Made by a program: the position numbers and the translations under genes. From Polyangium sp. (lineage in GTDB: Bacteria > Myxococcota_A > Polyangia > Polyangiales > Polyangiaceae): a stretch of 39,452 nt of DNA. Under the pieces are notes generated by a model. It worked only from the letters and a program-made list of their open reading frames with translations. It was not told the DNA's origin and made no database searches. Position 1 is the first letter of the stretch; every line of letters begins with the position of its first letter. The stretch covers positions 1 to 39,452 of the forward strand of contig JANMGF010000076.1 in the NCBI GenBank assembly GCA_031374535.1, in the 5' to 3' direction. This document shows, piece after piece, positions 19,195 through 28,915 of the stretch.

Positions 19195-20268
19195 ATGCGC
19201 GACTCCACTCCACGCCCTTGCAAGGCGCGCCTTCTCCTCGTCGCGGCGCTGCTCTGCGGCACCTCGGAGGTGGCGGCGCAGCCATCCCAGGTGCTGCCGT
19301 GGCGCCTCGACTACGCCCCCGGCCCCAACGCCCCGAAAAACTGCCCCGACAAGAGCTACATCCAGGCCGCCCTCGCCACGAAGCTCAAGGGGCAAGACCC
19401 CTTCACCGACGACGCAGCGCGCTCCATCTCCGTGAAACTCGTGCTCACACCGCAGCGGATCGAGGCGCATATCGAGGCACGTGACGAGAACGGTGAGGTT
19501 GTCGTCGAGCACGTCACACAGGCGGAATCTTGGCGCTGCGACCAGCTCGCCGATCGCATCGTCTTCTACCTGCGCGACATCATCGACCCACTGACGATCC
19601 CGCCCGCGGCCCCGGCAGCTTCGAGCTCGTCTGCAACCCCCGCGCCTTCCGCGCCTTCATCAGCCGCTCCGCCCCCATCTCCCTCGACTCCTGCTCGCGT
19701 CGAGCCGCTTCAACCTGCAGGGGGCCCCTCGGCACCCAAGGCCGCAGCGCGCTCGGCGGGGCAGCCGCAGCTCGCCATCTACGCGAACATGGGGGCTGCC
19801 TGGTGGAGCGCCCCCGAGACCGCCTTGAGCCTCGCAGCGGGCATCGAGGCGCGGTGGAACTGGCTCTCCATCGGTCTCGAAGGGCAGTACGACCACGCCT
19901 GGGCCTTGCCGACGAAGCAGGACGTCGATGCTGAACGCGCGGGTGTGTCCGCACTGGCGTGTGGGCGTCACGCTCTCTTCTCGTCTCGAACCTTCGCCCG
20001 CGCATGCGTCTTCGGCGACGTTGCAATGCTCTCGATCGACGCCGAAAAGGAGAAGAGGCCAGATGCAGAGGACGTCACCATCGCCGTCGGCGCGCGGCTC
20101 GGCGGGGGATTCTGGCTGGCGCGCTTCTTCGCCCTCGAGCTGTACGGGGACATCGCCTACGTGCCACGCCGGCCGGTGGTCATCGTCGATGGCAAGGAGT
20201 TCTGGCGGTCTCCCCGTCTCACTGGCGCTGTCCGGGTCGGCCTGGTTGTTCCCTTCGACATCCGGTGA
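19195..20268 (+). CDS. Exported protein with N-terminal disulfide domain, Pro/Ser linker and C-terminal putative outer-membrane beta-barrel
   Basis: Signal-like N-terminus; CP...C pair; PAS-rich linker; alternating amphipathic strands ending GAVRVGLVVPF. Confidence 0.7.
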   Translation: MRDSTPRPCKARLLLVAALLCGTSEVAAQPSQVLPWRLDYAPGPNAPKNCPDKSYIQAALATKLKGQDPFTDDAARSISVKLVLTPQRIEAHIEARDENGEVVVEHVTQAESWRCDQLADRIVFYLRDIIDPLTIPPAAPAASSSSATPAPSAPSSAAPPPSPSTPARVEPLQPAGGPSAPKAAARSAGQPQLAIYANMGAAWWSAPETALSLAAGIEARWNWLSIGLEGQYDHAWALPTKQDVDAERAGVSALACGRHALFSSRTFARACVFGDVAMLSIDAEKEKRPDAEDVTIAVGARLGGGFWLARFFALELYGDIAYVPRRPVVIVDGKEFWRSPRLTGAVRVGLVVPFDIR

Positions 20269-20300
20269 AGGAGCCTTCGAGCAGAAAGCCGTACGATTTA

Positions 20301-20331
20301 TTGGACGGGTCGCCCGTCTCGGCGCGTGTTT
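20301..20331 (+). promoter_or_regulatory. 31-bp element, copy 1 (putative ECF promoter, upstream of the ECF gene)
   Basis: TTGGACGGGTCGCCCGTCTCGGCGCGTGTTT; 27/31 identical to 21614-21644. Confidence 0.6.
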
Positions 20332-20337
20332 GTAGTC

Positions 20338-21582
20338 GTGCGCCTCCTCCTCCCATTCCTGCATCACGCCAGCGACGCCTTTCTCCGCTTCTACGCGACG
20401 CACCTCCTAACCGTTCTCGGGCTCCTGGCGCGGATGGGCGTGCGCCAGGCGGATGTAGACGACCTCGCGCAGCTCGTCTTCGTAAAGGTCTACAAGAACT
20501 TCGACAAGGTCCCGTCCGCGGGGGTCGATGACTGGCTCAAGATGATCTGCGAGCAGCAGGCGGCGGAGCACTATCGCCTCTACCGTCACCGCTTCGAGAC
20601 CCCCGAGGCAGACGTCGGCGTGGACGTGCCCAGCGACGAGAACCCGCACGAGCGCTTCGAGCATCATGAGCTCGATCAAGTCGTCAAACGCGTGCTCAAG
20701 ACCATGGACGCGAAGCTCGTCGATGTACTGGTCAGGGCCGAGTTCAACGGTGAATCGCTGCCGAAGATCGCCGCGGCGCTGGGGGTCTCGCGCAACACGG
20801 CGCAGGCCAGGCTCGTCGAGGCCAAGGACGTCTTCCGGCGCAGGGTGAAGAAGCTGTTCGGCCGGGACTTCACGCCGTTCATGGTGCTGCCCTTCGGCCT
20901 CGATACCGTCTTCCGCCCCGAGGACCTCACGCCCGACTTCATCGAGAAGGCACGGCACGAGGTGTGGCGCCGCGTCGCCCGCGAGCTGGGCTTCAACGAG
21001 GCGCTTCCTCCCGCCCTGGCGCCGAGCCCGCCGCCGCCTTCAGAGCCGCCGGCTTCGGGCAAGCGGCTCATCCAAGCGGTCGCGCCCCGGGGCTCCGAGC
21101 CAGCCACTCGGGCCACCGCGAAGGCGGTGTTCGAGCGCATCATCAAGCACCCGCTCTTCCTGGTCGGCGTCGGCGCCCTGGGCGGGGGTGGCGCGGTCGC
21201 CCTCTGGCCCCACGATGCACCGCCCGCTGCGCTTCATGCAGTGCCGATGGTGCTCTCCGTCGTGGTTGACGAGGGCGGGCGGGGTGAGAGCTCCTCTGTC
21301 GTCGCGCCCGCGCCCACCCGCGGACCGAGCCCGACCGTGATTGTCGTCGCGCACCCGCGTCCCCCTGCCGGCCCTGTGCCACTCAACGACCCGGACACGA
21401 CAAACCTCGAACAAGCCCGGGAGATGCTCTCGCGCGGCCAGTTCGCCGAGGCGCTCGCCACGCTGCGACGGCATGAACAGGACTACCAGGGCAGTCATCA
21501 CGCGACGGTCCGGAACAAGTACATCGCCGCGGCGCTCGAGGGCCTGCGGCAGAACGAGCAGAAGAGCGGCGCCACGCCCTGA
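20338..21582 (+). CDS. ECF sigma factor fused to an anti-sigma-like extension (TM helix plus C-terminal TPR-like helices)
   Basis: Region 2 DVDDLAQLVFVKVY...WLKMICEQQA; region 4 GESLPKIAAALGVSRNTAQARLVEAK; TM LFLVGVGALGGGGAVALW; C-terminal AREMLSRGQFAEALATLRRHEQDY. Start uncertain (GTG 20326 or 20338). Confidence 0.85.
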   Translation: MRLLLPFLHHASDAFLRFYATHLLTVLGLLARMGVRQADVDDLAQLVFVKVYKNFDKVPSAGVDDWLKMICEQQAAEHYRLYRHRFETPEADVGVDVPSDENPHERFEHHELDQVVKRVLKTMDAKLVDVLVRAEFNGESLPKIAAALGVSRNTAQARLVEAKDVFRRRVKKLFGRDFTPFMVLPFGLDTVFRPEDLTPDFIEKARHEVWRRVARELGFNEALPPALAPSPPPPSEPPASGKRLIQAVAPRGSEPATRATAKAVFERIIKHPLFLVGVGALGGGGAVALWPHDAPPAALHAVPMVLSVVVDEGGRGESSSVVAPAPTRGPSPTVIVVAHPRPPAGPVPLNDPDTTNLEQAREMLSRGQFAEALATLRRHEQDYQGSHHATVRNKYIAAALEGLRQNEQKSGATP

Positions 21583-21613
21583 CCAGCCTCTTGCACGGGG
21601 GCGTACACTTTCC

Positions 21614-21644
21614 TTGGACGGGTCGCCTGCGTCGGCTCGTGTTT
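21614..21644 (+). promoter_or_regulatory. 31-bp element, copy 2 (putative ECF promoter for the downstream cluster)
   Basis: TTGGACGGGTCGCCTGCGTCGGCTCGTGTTT, ending 14 nt before ATG 21659. Confidence 0.6.
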
Positions 21645-21658
21645 AGAGAGTAAGGGAC

Positions 21659-22225
21659 ATGCGGCTTCTGCGCCTGGCCATGAGCGCCGGCCATGCGGAG
21701 GCGTTTGTCCCTGCGATTCATCATCATCCGCAGACGGCCGCGGTGCAGGGCGCGCATTGGGGTGCGTTCGTCGAGGCATACCACCGCGGTCGCCTGGGGA
21801 TGGTGATGTTCGCTCGAAGGAGGTCGCGGGATACAGCTCGCATTCGCTCGCCCAGGTTCCGCGCCCGCCTCCGGGCGATCATCACTCCCATCGTCATCCG
21901 CTATCGGCTGCGACGTCTCCCGAGTGGACGTCGCAGGGCCGACGACATGCAGATTCGCGGCTTTCAGGCCGCAGACGGCATTCGTGCGTCCGGAGGTGTA
22001 CATGGCCAACGAGGAAGAAGACGAAGCCGCCACGTGCGTGATGACGCGCCCGGCAGCGAGCCACGAACAGGACGACAACGCCCCCACGGCGTTCTTCCTG
22101 CGGCCGGCTGCGCCCGCGCCTCCAGTTCTCACCACTTCGATCCCGGTGAGGCCCTCATGGTGGCGCGTGCTCATCAGCCACTTGGGCTTCTGGCGGCGTC
22201 GCCCCGTAGCAGCGGTTGTCGCTGA
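21659..22225 (+). CDS. Hypothetical protein (doubtful; 3' part overlaps the next gene)
   Basis: ATG after AAGGGA and directly after the repeated element; GC3-rich first ~100 codons; 224-nt overlap with the 22002 gene. Confidence 0.35.
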   Translation: MRLLRLAMSAGHAEAFVPAIHHHPQTAAVQGAHWGAFVEAYHRGRLGMVMFARRRSRDTARIRSPRFRARLRAIITPIVIRYRLRRLPSGRRRADDMQIRGFQAADGIRASGGVHGQRGRRRSRHVRDDAPGSEPRTGRQRPHGVLPAAGCARASSSHHFDPGEALMVARAHQPLGLLAASPRSSGCR

Positions 22226-22742
22226 ACCGGCTCCGGCCCATGCATCTGCGCGTCCCGCGTCCTCTGCGTCGACATCGCACGTGCACGTGTCCGCGCCCAA
22301 GGCGGCGCGCCGGCCCGCCCACACGCTGGTCTCGCCTCTCTCTCCAGGGCGGCGCGCCGTTGTCGACGAGGTGCACACGCTGCTCTGGAGCTTCGAGCCG
22401 CATGAGCTCGAGGCGACAGCGAAGCTCATCGAGCACATCGTCGCAGCTAGGCTCGCAGGGCCGGAGGGGCGCGTCGAGGCGCAGATCATCTACGCGCTCC
22501 TGTACATGCGCTCCGACGAAGACGGGGCGGTCGGCCTTGCTGTACTGCGGGGCAAGCTCCTCGGGATCGCACGATCCGCAGTGGACCAAGCGCTCCTTCA
22601 TCTGGAAGAGCAAGGTCAGGTTGTACTCCGTCCCGCGGGTCCGATCTCTGGGACACGACAAGTCGCTGCCGGGCTCGAACATGCGACGCGAGGGCTGCTC
22701 GAGCGCGTCGCTCTCGTTGCACTAGCGAGGAGAGCGTCTTGA
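22002..22742 (+). CDS. Hypothetical protein with C-terminal winged-helix-like domain
   Basis: GGAGGT RBS before ATG 22002; C-terminal GAVGLAVLRGKLLGIARSAVDQALLHLEEQGQVVL...RGLL, paralogous to the next gene. Confidence 0.7.
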   Translation: MANEEEDEAATCVMTRPAASHEQDDNAPTAFFLRPAAPAPPVLTTSIPVRPSWWRVLISHLGFWRRRPVAAVVAEPAPAHASARPASSASTSHVHVSAPKAARRPAHTLVSPLSPGRRAVVDEVHTLLWSFEPHELEATAKLIEHIVAARLAGPEGRVEAQIIYALLYMRSDEDGAVGLAVLRGKLLGIARSAVDQALLHLEEQGQVVLRPAGPISGTRQVAAGLEHATRGLLERVALVALARRAS

Positions 22743-23272
22743 GCGGCGAGCGCGTCTCCACACGTACGCCGGGCAGCGCCGATGGGCAGACCGCGCCCAT
22801 CTCGACAAACCCGCGCTCGACGATCCGACCATCCCCGCCTGCGCCCTCCCCCGTCGAGCCTCGACGGCGTCATCGCACCCCGATCGAGGAGGTGAACGAT
22901 GTCCTCCGGCAGCTCCGCATCCCCGAGCTCGCCGACGTCCTGCTATACGCGCAGCGCACCCTCGCCGCGCGTGACGCAGGCCCGGATCCGGCCGTCGTGA
23001 GCGAGATCCTCGCGGTGATGGGCCGGCTTCATCCGGCCTACAAGAACACGCAGGGCGTGCCGCTGCCGATCCTCCGCGGGGCTCTTGTTCAAGTTTCACG
23101 CGCGGCATTCGAGGGGGCTTTGCTTCACGCCGAGCGTGAGGGGCGCGTCCGGCTGGTCGCTGCTTCGCCGCGCGCTCCCTTCGTCGAGCACGCCGCGGGC
23201 ATCCAGGACCCGAAGCGGGGCCTACTTTACTTCTGTACCGCTCCGGAGGCACGCGGGCGGCGGGAGCCCTGA
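22739..23272 (+). CDS. Hypothetical winged-helix-like protein
   Basis: TTGA overlap with the previous stop; GVPLPILRGALVQVSRAAFEGALLHAEREGRVRL...RGLL. Confidence 0.7.
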   Translation: MSGERVSTRTPGSADGQTAPISTNPRSTIRPSPPAPSPVEPRRRHRTPIEEVNDVLRQLRIPELADVLLYAQRTLAARDAGPDPAVVSEILAVMGRLHPAYKNTQGVPLPILRGALVQVSRAAFEGALLHAEREGRVRLVAASPRAPFVEHAAGIQDPKRGLLYFCTAPEARGRREP

Positions 23273-23273
23273 C

Positions 23274-23645
23274 ATGGGCCGCCGACACGAGCCGGATCCG
23301 TTTGCCCTCAAACTAGGTCATCGGATCAGGGATCTGCGCCTCGCACAGGGGATGTCGCTCGAGCACCTCAGAAGGAAGACTGGCATCGTCGCGAGTCACC
23401 TCTCGCTCATCGAGCGCGGGTACGTCGCGATCAACGTCGGCACCCTCGATCGCATCGCACGCGCTCTCGGCTTGACGCCGATGTTCCTGGTGCTGTTCCC
23501 GGAGGAGAGTGAGCTCGAGGCAGTCGTCGAGCAGATCGGCAGCATCAGCGCGGAAGAGCTCGCGCAGCTCTGCGAACGGGTTTCCGCCTCGCAGAGCCCA
23601 CGGGCAGCGAAGCCTCGCCCTTCGCGTGGAACTCGTCGCACGTAG
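23274..23645 (+). CDS. XRE-family HTH transcriptional regulator
   Basis: LGHRIRDLRLAQGMSLEHLRRKTGIVASHLSLIERG...TLDRIARALG; ATG 1 nt after the previous stop. Confidence 0.88.
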   Translation: MGRRHEPDPFALKLGHRIRDLRLAQGMSLEHLRRKTGIVASHLSLIERGYVAINVGTLDRIARALGLTPMFLVLFPEESELEAVVEQIGSISAEELAQLCERVSASQSPRAAKPRPSRGTRRT

Positions 23646-23711
23646 ACCCAGCAAGTAGCCGGACTTGGCAGGCAAACGGGACGAGCCTCGACAGTAGATG
23701 GGGATGAACGA

Positions 23712-23945
23712 GTGTCACGGCATGCAAGCGAAGAGCCCAAGGTCCGGCTCAACTTGGAGCTTCCCGAGCGCCTTCGTGGCAGGCTCGATCAGCTGCGCGC
23801 GACGAGCGAGGCCGGCACGATCACCGAGGTGGTGAAGAAAGCCGTCGCCCTGTACGACGTGCTGCTCTCAGCGAACCGAAACGGCCGGGAGAGGGTGATC
23901 CTGCGCAGCGCCGACGGCACAGAGCGGGAGCTGCTCATCCCGTGA
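23712..23945 (+). CDS. Ribbon-helix-helix (CopG-like) DNA-binding protein
   Basis: VRLNLELPERLRGRLDQLR...TITEVVKKAVALY beta-alpha-alpha pattern. Confidence 0.75.
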   Translation: MSRHASEEPKVRLNLELPERLRGRLDQLRATSEAGTITEVVKKAVALYDVLLSANRNGRERVILRSADGTERELLIP

Positions 23946-24004
23946 TCTTTCCTTCCCCACGTGCTCCACCAGGATGAGCAGCAGGGTTTGTCCTCTCTTG
24001 CGGT

Positions 24005-25000
24005 TTGCCGTGGAACATGCGATCCAGGGCAGCGATGTCCTCCGCTCGTCCGCCTCCCGCGTCGTTCGAGCCTCCGCCTCCGCCCTCGCGAAGGCGGCTC
24101 AAAACGGGGCCCGGCGCGTTCGACGTCCTCTCGCGGGACGGCGCGGCCGCGGTTCTGCTCTTCGCCCGTGCCAAGCTCGAAGCTGAGCGTCGGCGTGCAC
24201 CGGGGCTCGTGAACGGATCCCTTCGCGCCTTCGCCTCGCGCGTGGAGTCAGCGGCTCGCCGCGTGACCGAAGGGGTACATGACGACGGCGTGTTCATTGC
24301 ACCGCTCTTCCGACTGCTCCGCGAGCGTGACGAGGTCCCGTCCTGCCCGACGCTGTCGGCGTTCAAGGCGCGGCTGCTCCAAGCGTACAACCGCGGGCTC
24401 CTCGAGCTCGCCACGTGCACGCGGGCCGAGGACGAGAACCCCTTGGTGGTCGCCGCATCTGCGGTTCGTTCCCGACGAACCACGTTTCACCTCGTGCAGC
24501 GATGGTCGCGTCGGAACATGTTCGCCGCGCTCGACGACATCATCGAGACGCTCTCTCCCAAGGCGTACGCCGCAACCAAAGACTTCGCGCGCAAGGTCCA
24601 CGAGGATGAAAAGCGCCGCGAAGGGCGCCCCCGCTTGATCACGCTGCCGCTCGACGCGTTCGCCGCCCGCGTGCAGGCCGTGGTGAATGAAGGCTCGCAC
24701 GACGCGCTTGTCGTAGAGCTGTTCCGGGAGCTGGATGACCGCGGTGAGGCGACGGGACTCGGCCTCTCGGCGTTCAAGGCTCGGCTTCGCGCAGCACACA
24801 ACGCCGGCCTTCTCGCGCTGCGGGCACGGGCAGCGGGAGATGGCCCGGATAGTGCGATGACAGCGGCTTCTGCTGTCAGTCACCAGGCGGCAAAGCTGCA
24901 CCTCGTGCAGCGTACGGCGGATCCGTTGCCGATCCCGTGGGGTCGGCCCGCGCTGCTCGTATGGCACGGGAGAGCTACAATGGCGGGGGCTGAAGGCTGA
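24005..25000 (+). CDS. Hypothetical protein with two tandem winged-helix-like repeats
   Basis: Two copies of LFRxL...LSAFKARLxxAxNxGLLxL...AASAV...HLVQR (about 24290-24502 and 24704-24913). Start could be 24017 or 24035. Confidence 0.75.
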   Translation: MPWNMRSRAAMSSARPPPASFEPPPPPSRRRLKTGPGAFDVLSRDGAAAVLLFARAKLEAERRRAPGLVNGSLRAFASRVESAARRVTEGVHDDGVFIAPLFRLLRERDEVPSCPTLSAFKARLLQAYNRGLLELATCTRAEDENPLVVAASAVRSRRTTFHLVQRWSRRNMFAALDDIIETLSPKAYAATKDFARKVHEDEKRREGRPRLITLPLDAFAARVQAVVNEGSHDALVVELFRELDDRGEATGLGLSAFKARLRAAHNAGLLALRARAAGDGPDSAMTAASAVSHQAAKLHLVQRTADPLPIPWGRPALLVWHGRATMAGAEG

Positions 25001-25153
25001 CCCTGTCGGAACCTATCACTGATCGATGGGGCATCGGCGCTGTGCGCGAGGTCGCGAGGCCGAACGGGCCGGAGGAGACAACCGAGCGCTAATGAAAAAG
25101 AGCGTGATGGGCTCGACGTCGCCCACCACGCTCTCACGCGTACACCCCGTGCG

Positions 25154-25930
25154 CTACCGGCACTTCCAAGCAAACGGGCACGACACGCATTGCGAGCCCC
25201 GGACTGGATGGTCCACGCCCGCCTTGATGCCTCGAAGCGCCGACGCCGCCGTCGCAGCAAGGTCCCGTTCATCCCCTTTCCCGCGCGAGAGTTGCTCGAT
25301 CTGGATGTCGGGCTTCTTCGTCTTCGTGGCGACGACGAGGACAACCTGGACCTTCCCGAACACCTTCCGCGCCGCCATCGCGTAGGCCGTCGGCTGAAGG
25401 TCATACTGGAGCATCGGGGCACTCCACTTTCTCGCGGCCGTCTTGAACTCCCAGACTGCCTTTCTGCCGCTGGTGGAGACCACGGCGTCAATCGCGCCGA
25501 CGAGGGGCACGGGCAGCACCTCTCCCGTGCTGGGATCCGCGAGCTCGAGCAGGAAGTCGACTTCCACCCCGAGTACCCTCTTGGGCCGCGGCACGCGCTC
25601 CACGAACACGCCGATCATGCGCACGCCGAGGTCGATCATCTGCCCGAGGTCTTCATCCTCATTGAACAATACCGGCGGGGCACTTGCCGTCACCGCAGCT
25701 TCGAGCCCTCCGCGAAAGAGCTCGCGCATCTCCTCGGGCCCAGCGCCCAGCAGGTACTTGTCCACCGTCTCGTGCCAGATGGCCCCGAAGACCATAGCAA
25801 TCGGCCGGAATGACGGCTGGACACGGTCAATGTACTTCAACCTGTACTGCCGCGGGCAGTGCAGGAACGTCCGGAGCTGGGCGATGCTCGTATGCGGTTG
25901 TCGCCTCAGCTCGGCGAGCGATGCTTTCAT
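25154..25930 (-). CDS. PD-(D/E)XK nuclease, RecB/AddB/Cas4-like with Fe-S cysteines
   Basis: SIAQLRTFLHCPRQY, FGAIWHE, GAIDAVV...WEFKT, QPTAY, C-terminal CVSCPFAWKC (1+3 Cys). ATG at 25930; the longer ORF-track start overlaps dndB. Confidence 0.88.
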   Translation of the reverse strand: MKASLAELRRQPHTSIAQLRTFLHCPRQYRLKYIDRVQPSFRPIAMVFGAIWHETVDKYLLGAGPEEMRELFRGGLEAAVTASAPPVLFNEDEDLGQMIDLGVRMIGVFVERVPRPKRVLGVEVDFLLELADPSTGEVLPVPLVGAIDAVVSTSGRKAVWEFKTAARKWSAPMLQYDLQPTAYAMAARKVFGKVQVVLVVATKTKKPDIQIEQLSRGKGDERDLAATAASALRGIKAGVDHPVRGSQCVSCPFAWKCR

Positions 25931-25992
25931 TGACACCCCAAGTATAAAGAGCGGTGCAGCCACCGAGCTGCACCACCCCTGTTCTTCTGCGG

Positions 25993-27213
25993 TCAGGCTG
26001 CCGTCGCCCCGGCGACGGCAGCCTCGTCCCCCGGTCCGGCGTACTCGCCCACCTGCGCCCGCTCGTACCGCCGCTGATCGATGGTGAGCTTGAGGCCGAG
26101 GTGATGCTTGATCAGATTCGCCGCCAGGATCACGCTCGCCGCGTTCTTCAAGACCCTTCCGTTCACCACAGCGCGCACCTCCCATCGCGGGTTGGTCCGC
26201 GACCAGTCGATCGTGCGGAGCCCCGTCAGCACGTTCTTCCAGTCCTCCCGCCGCTCCCGCAGCAGGGCGTTGCCGACGCGGCCGAGAGCCTCGAGCACGA
26301 CCGCATGCGCGTGCACGCACCGATCTCGCAGCGCAGACGCGCGGATCTTACCGAGGCCGACCTCGTGCCAATCCGGCATCACGCGCGTCACCTCGGTCCA
26401 GAACTCGACGGCGATCTGCCTCGCGGTCTCGAAGCTCCCGCTGAACCCGGCGAGCAGCGCCTTCGTTGCCGCATGGATGCTGGCCAGCGCGAAGAGCTTG
26501 TTCGAGCCTCCCGAGACCGAGGTCTTCTCCCCGTCGGTGAGCTGGTGGAAGAGGAAGACGTCGCGCACGACGGCACGCGTGAGCTTCGCGAACTCGTCGC
26601 GGTGGTCGTACAGCAGGCCCAGGGAGTTGTTCGGCCGCACCGCGAAGCGGTTCAAGTCCGCGAACCGCTGCTGCGCCTTCTCGAGCCCCGCGTCGACGAA
26701 CAACGTCACGCAGAGGCTCTCATCCCCGAGCGATCCCCGACGCTTCCTCACGTACTCCTGCGAGAGGGCCATCGCGACGGCGGCCCGCCGGTGTTGCCCA
26801 TCAAGGACCGCGACCGCCATGTCCCGCGGGATGTAGAGCGTGCCCATGTGGCTCTTCTCGTACGCGGGCTCGAAGCGGGGCAGACCGTCGATCGCGCCGA
26901 CGAGGGCCGGCAACGTGTAGGTCGTCGGGTTGTTCGTGACGTAGTCCGCGATCTTCGGGACACGCACCTTGCTCAGCACCCGCTGCGCCCGGAGCTCGGG
27001 CGGCAACTTGCCATCCACGGGGGCAAAGAGCTTGGCCACGTCCCGAAGGTGCACCATGACCGAGTAGTACTCACCGCCGGCTTGGACACCGCGGATGGCC
27101 GGAAAGGCCCACTCGGATGCGGTGTTCTTCGCCTCGGTTCCGTGCCCCCGCTCCTTCGCCGGATCGGTCTGCGTGCCGCCGCTCTTCTTCTGGTCGACTT
27201 TCTTCTTCGTCAT
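25993..27213 (-). CDS. dndB: DndB-like DGQHR domain protein
   Basis: FPAIRGVQAGGEYY, RAQRVLSKVRVPKIADY, DGQHRRAA, FADLNRFAVRPNNSLGLLYDHRD, IDWSRTNPRW. Confidence 0.88.
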   Translation of the reverse strand: MTKKKVDQKKSGGTQTDPAKERGHGTEAKNTASEWAFPAIRGVQAGGEYYSVMVHLRDVAKLFAPVDGKLPPELRAQRVLSKVRVPKIADYVTNNPTTYTLPALVGAIDGLPRFEPAYEKSHMGTLYIPRDMAVAVLDGQHRRAAVAMALSQEYVRKRRGSLGDESLCVTLFVDAGLEKAQQRFADLNRFAVRPNNSLGLLYDHRDEFAKLTRAVVRDVFLFHQLTDGEKTSVSGGSNKLFALASIHAATKALLAGFSGSFETARQIAVEFWTEVTRVMPDWHEVGLGKIRASALRDRCVHAHAVVLEALGRVGNALLRERREDWKNVLTGLRTIDWSRTNPRWEVRAVVNGRVLKNAASVILAANLIKHHLGLKLTIDQRRYERAQVGEYAGPGDEAAVAGATAA

Positions 27214-27695
27214 TGATTACCCCACTGACAGGAGCTCGACTTCACATCCGACGTATTCGCCTTCATCCACGCGACTCGCGCGCCACATCCACGAATCTTC
27301 CGCAACGGTTCTTCCGGCCGAGGGAGGTTGTGCCAATGCGCCCCGTGTACGAGCGCGTCGGCATAAACTTTTCCGGCCAGAATCACGAGCTGTGGAGGAG
27401 GATTGAACATCGGCAAAAGCTCGCCGATCGTTCGGGCTCCCCAGTCCTCCCGATCGTTCTTCCGGAACTTGCGGAGGCTCCGGTCATACGGGTGAAGGAC
27501 GGTCTTCGGGGCGACCGCGCCGTAGAAGGCGGAGACGATGACCACCACGTCGCACGTCTTCTCGGCGTACGCGTAGGCGGCGCGAAAGAGCGCCGACGTA
27601 TAGAAGTCCTTCGCGGGAGCCGGTTTCTTGTTCTTCAGAGCCGAACAGCCCACGAGAGCGACCCGCTTCGCCCCCGACTGCTTTTCCGTGAACAT
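27210..27695 (-). CDS. DUF6884-like protein
   Basis: VALVGCSALK...PAKDFYTSALF...IVSAFYG...PYD...LAGKVY matches my recollection of DUF6884. GGAGG RBS; ATGA overlap with dndB. Confidence 0.7.
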   Translation of the reverse strand: MFTEKQSGAKRVALVGCSALKNKKPAPAKDFYTSALFRAAYAYAEKTCDVVVIVSAFYGAVAPKTVLHPYDRSLRKFRKNDREDWGARTIGELLPMFNPPPQLVILAGKVYADALVHGAHWHNLPRPEEPLRKIRGCGARVAWMKANTSDVKSSSCQWGNQ

Positions 27696-27822
27696 CAACC
27701 CTCCGAGAGGGGCTGGGCGCGCGTCAGAAGTCCTGCGAGTTGCCTCGGCGACTCCGACGGCGCGCTGGTCTACGTCTACTTGCCCGCGTGATGACGCACA
27801 GACGTCCGCGCAGGCCCCTCAA

Positions 27823-28818
<996 letters not shown>

Positions 28819-28838
28819 GATGGTTGGTCCACAAAGAA

Positions 28839-28862
28839 GCGCGCCCTCCCGAGCAGGCGCGC
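28839..28862 (-). terminator. Hairpin plus pyrimidine tract upstream of recA
   Basis: GCGCGCC...GGCGCGC stem followed on the minus strand by TTCTTT. Confidence 0.5.
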
Positions 28863-28915
28863 GTTACTGACCTCGGGAGCCGCTCGCGGCGGCACGTCCG
28901 AGCTCGGGAGATGGG

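Noticed and set aside
25026-25385. 119-aa plus-strand ORF at the convergence point
   Set aside because: Mostly antisense to the nuclease gene, with no motif or RBS support.
25154-25930. Cas4-like gene as evidence of CRISPR-Cas
   Set aside because: No cas1/cas2 and no repeat-spacer array; solo Cas4/AddB-like nucleases are common in mobile elements.
28819-28915. LexA/SOS box upstream of recA
   Set aside because: No convincing match to a LexA box that I could recognise; only GC hairpins.
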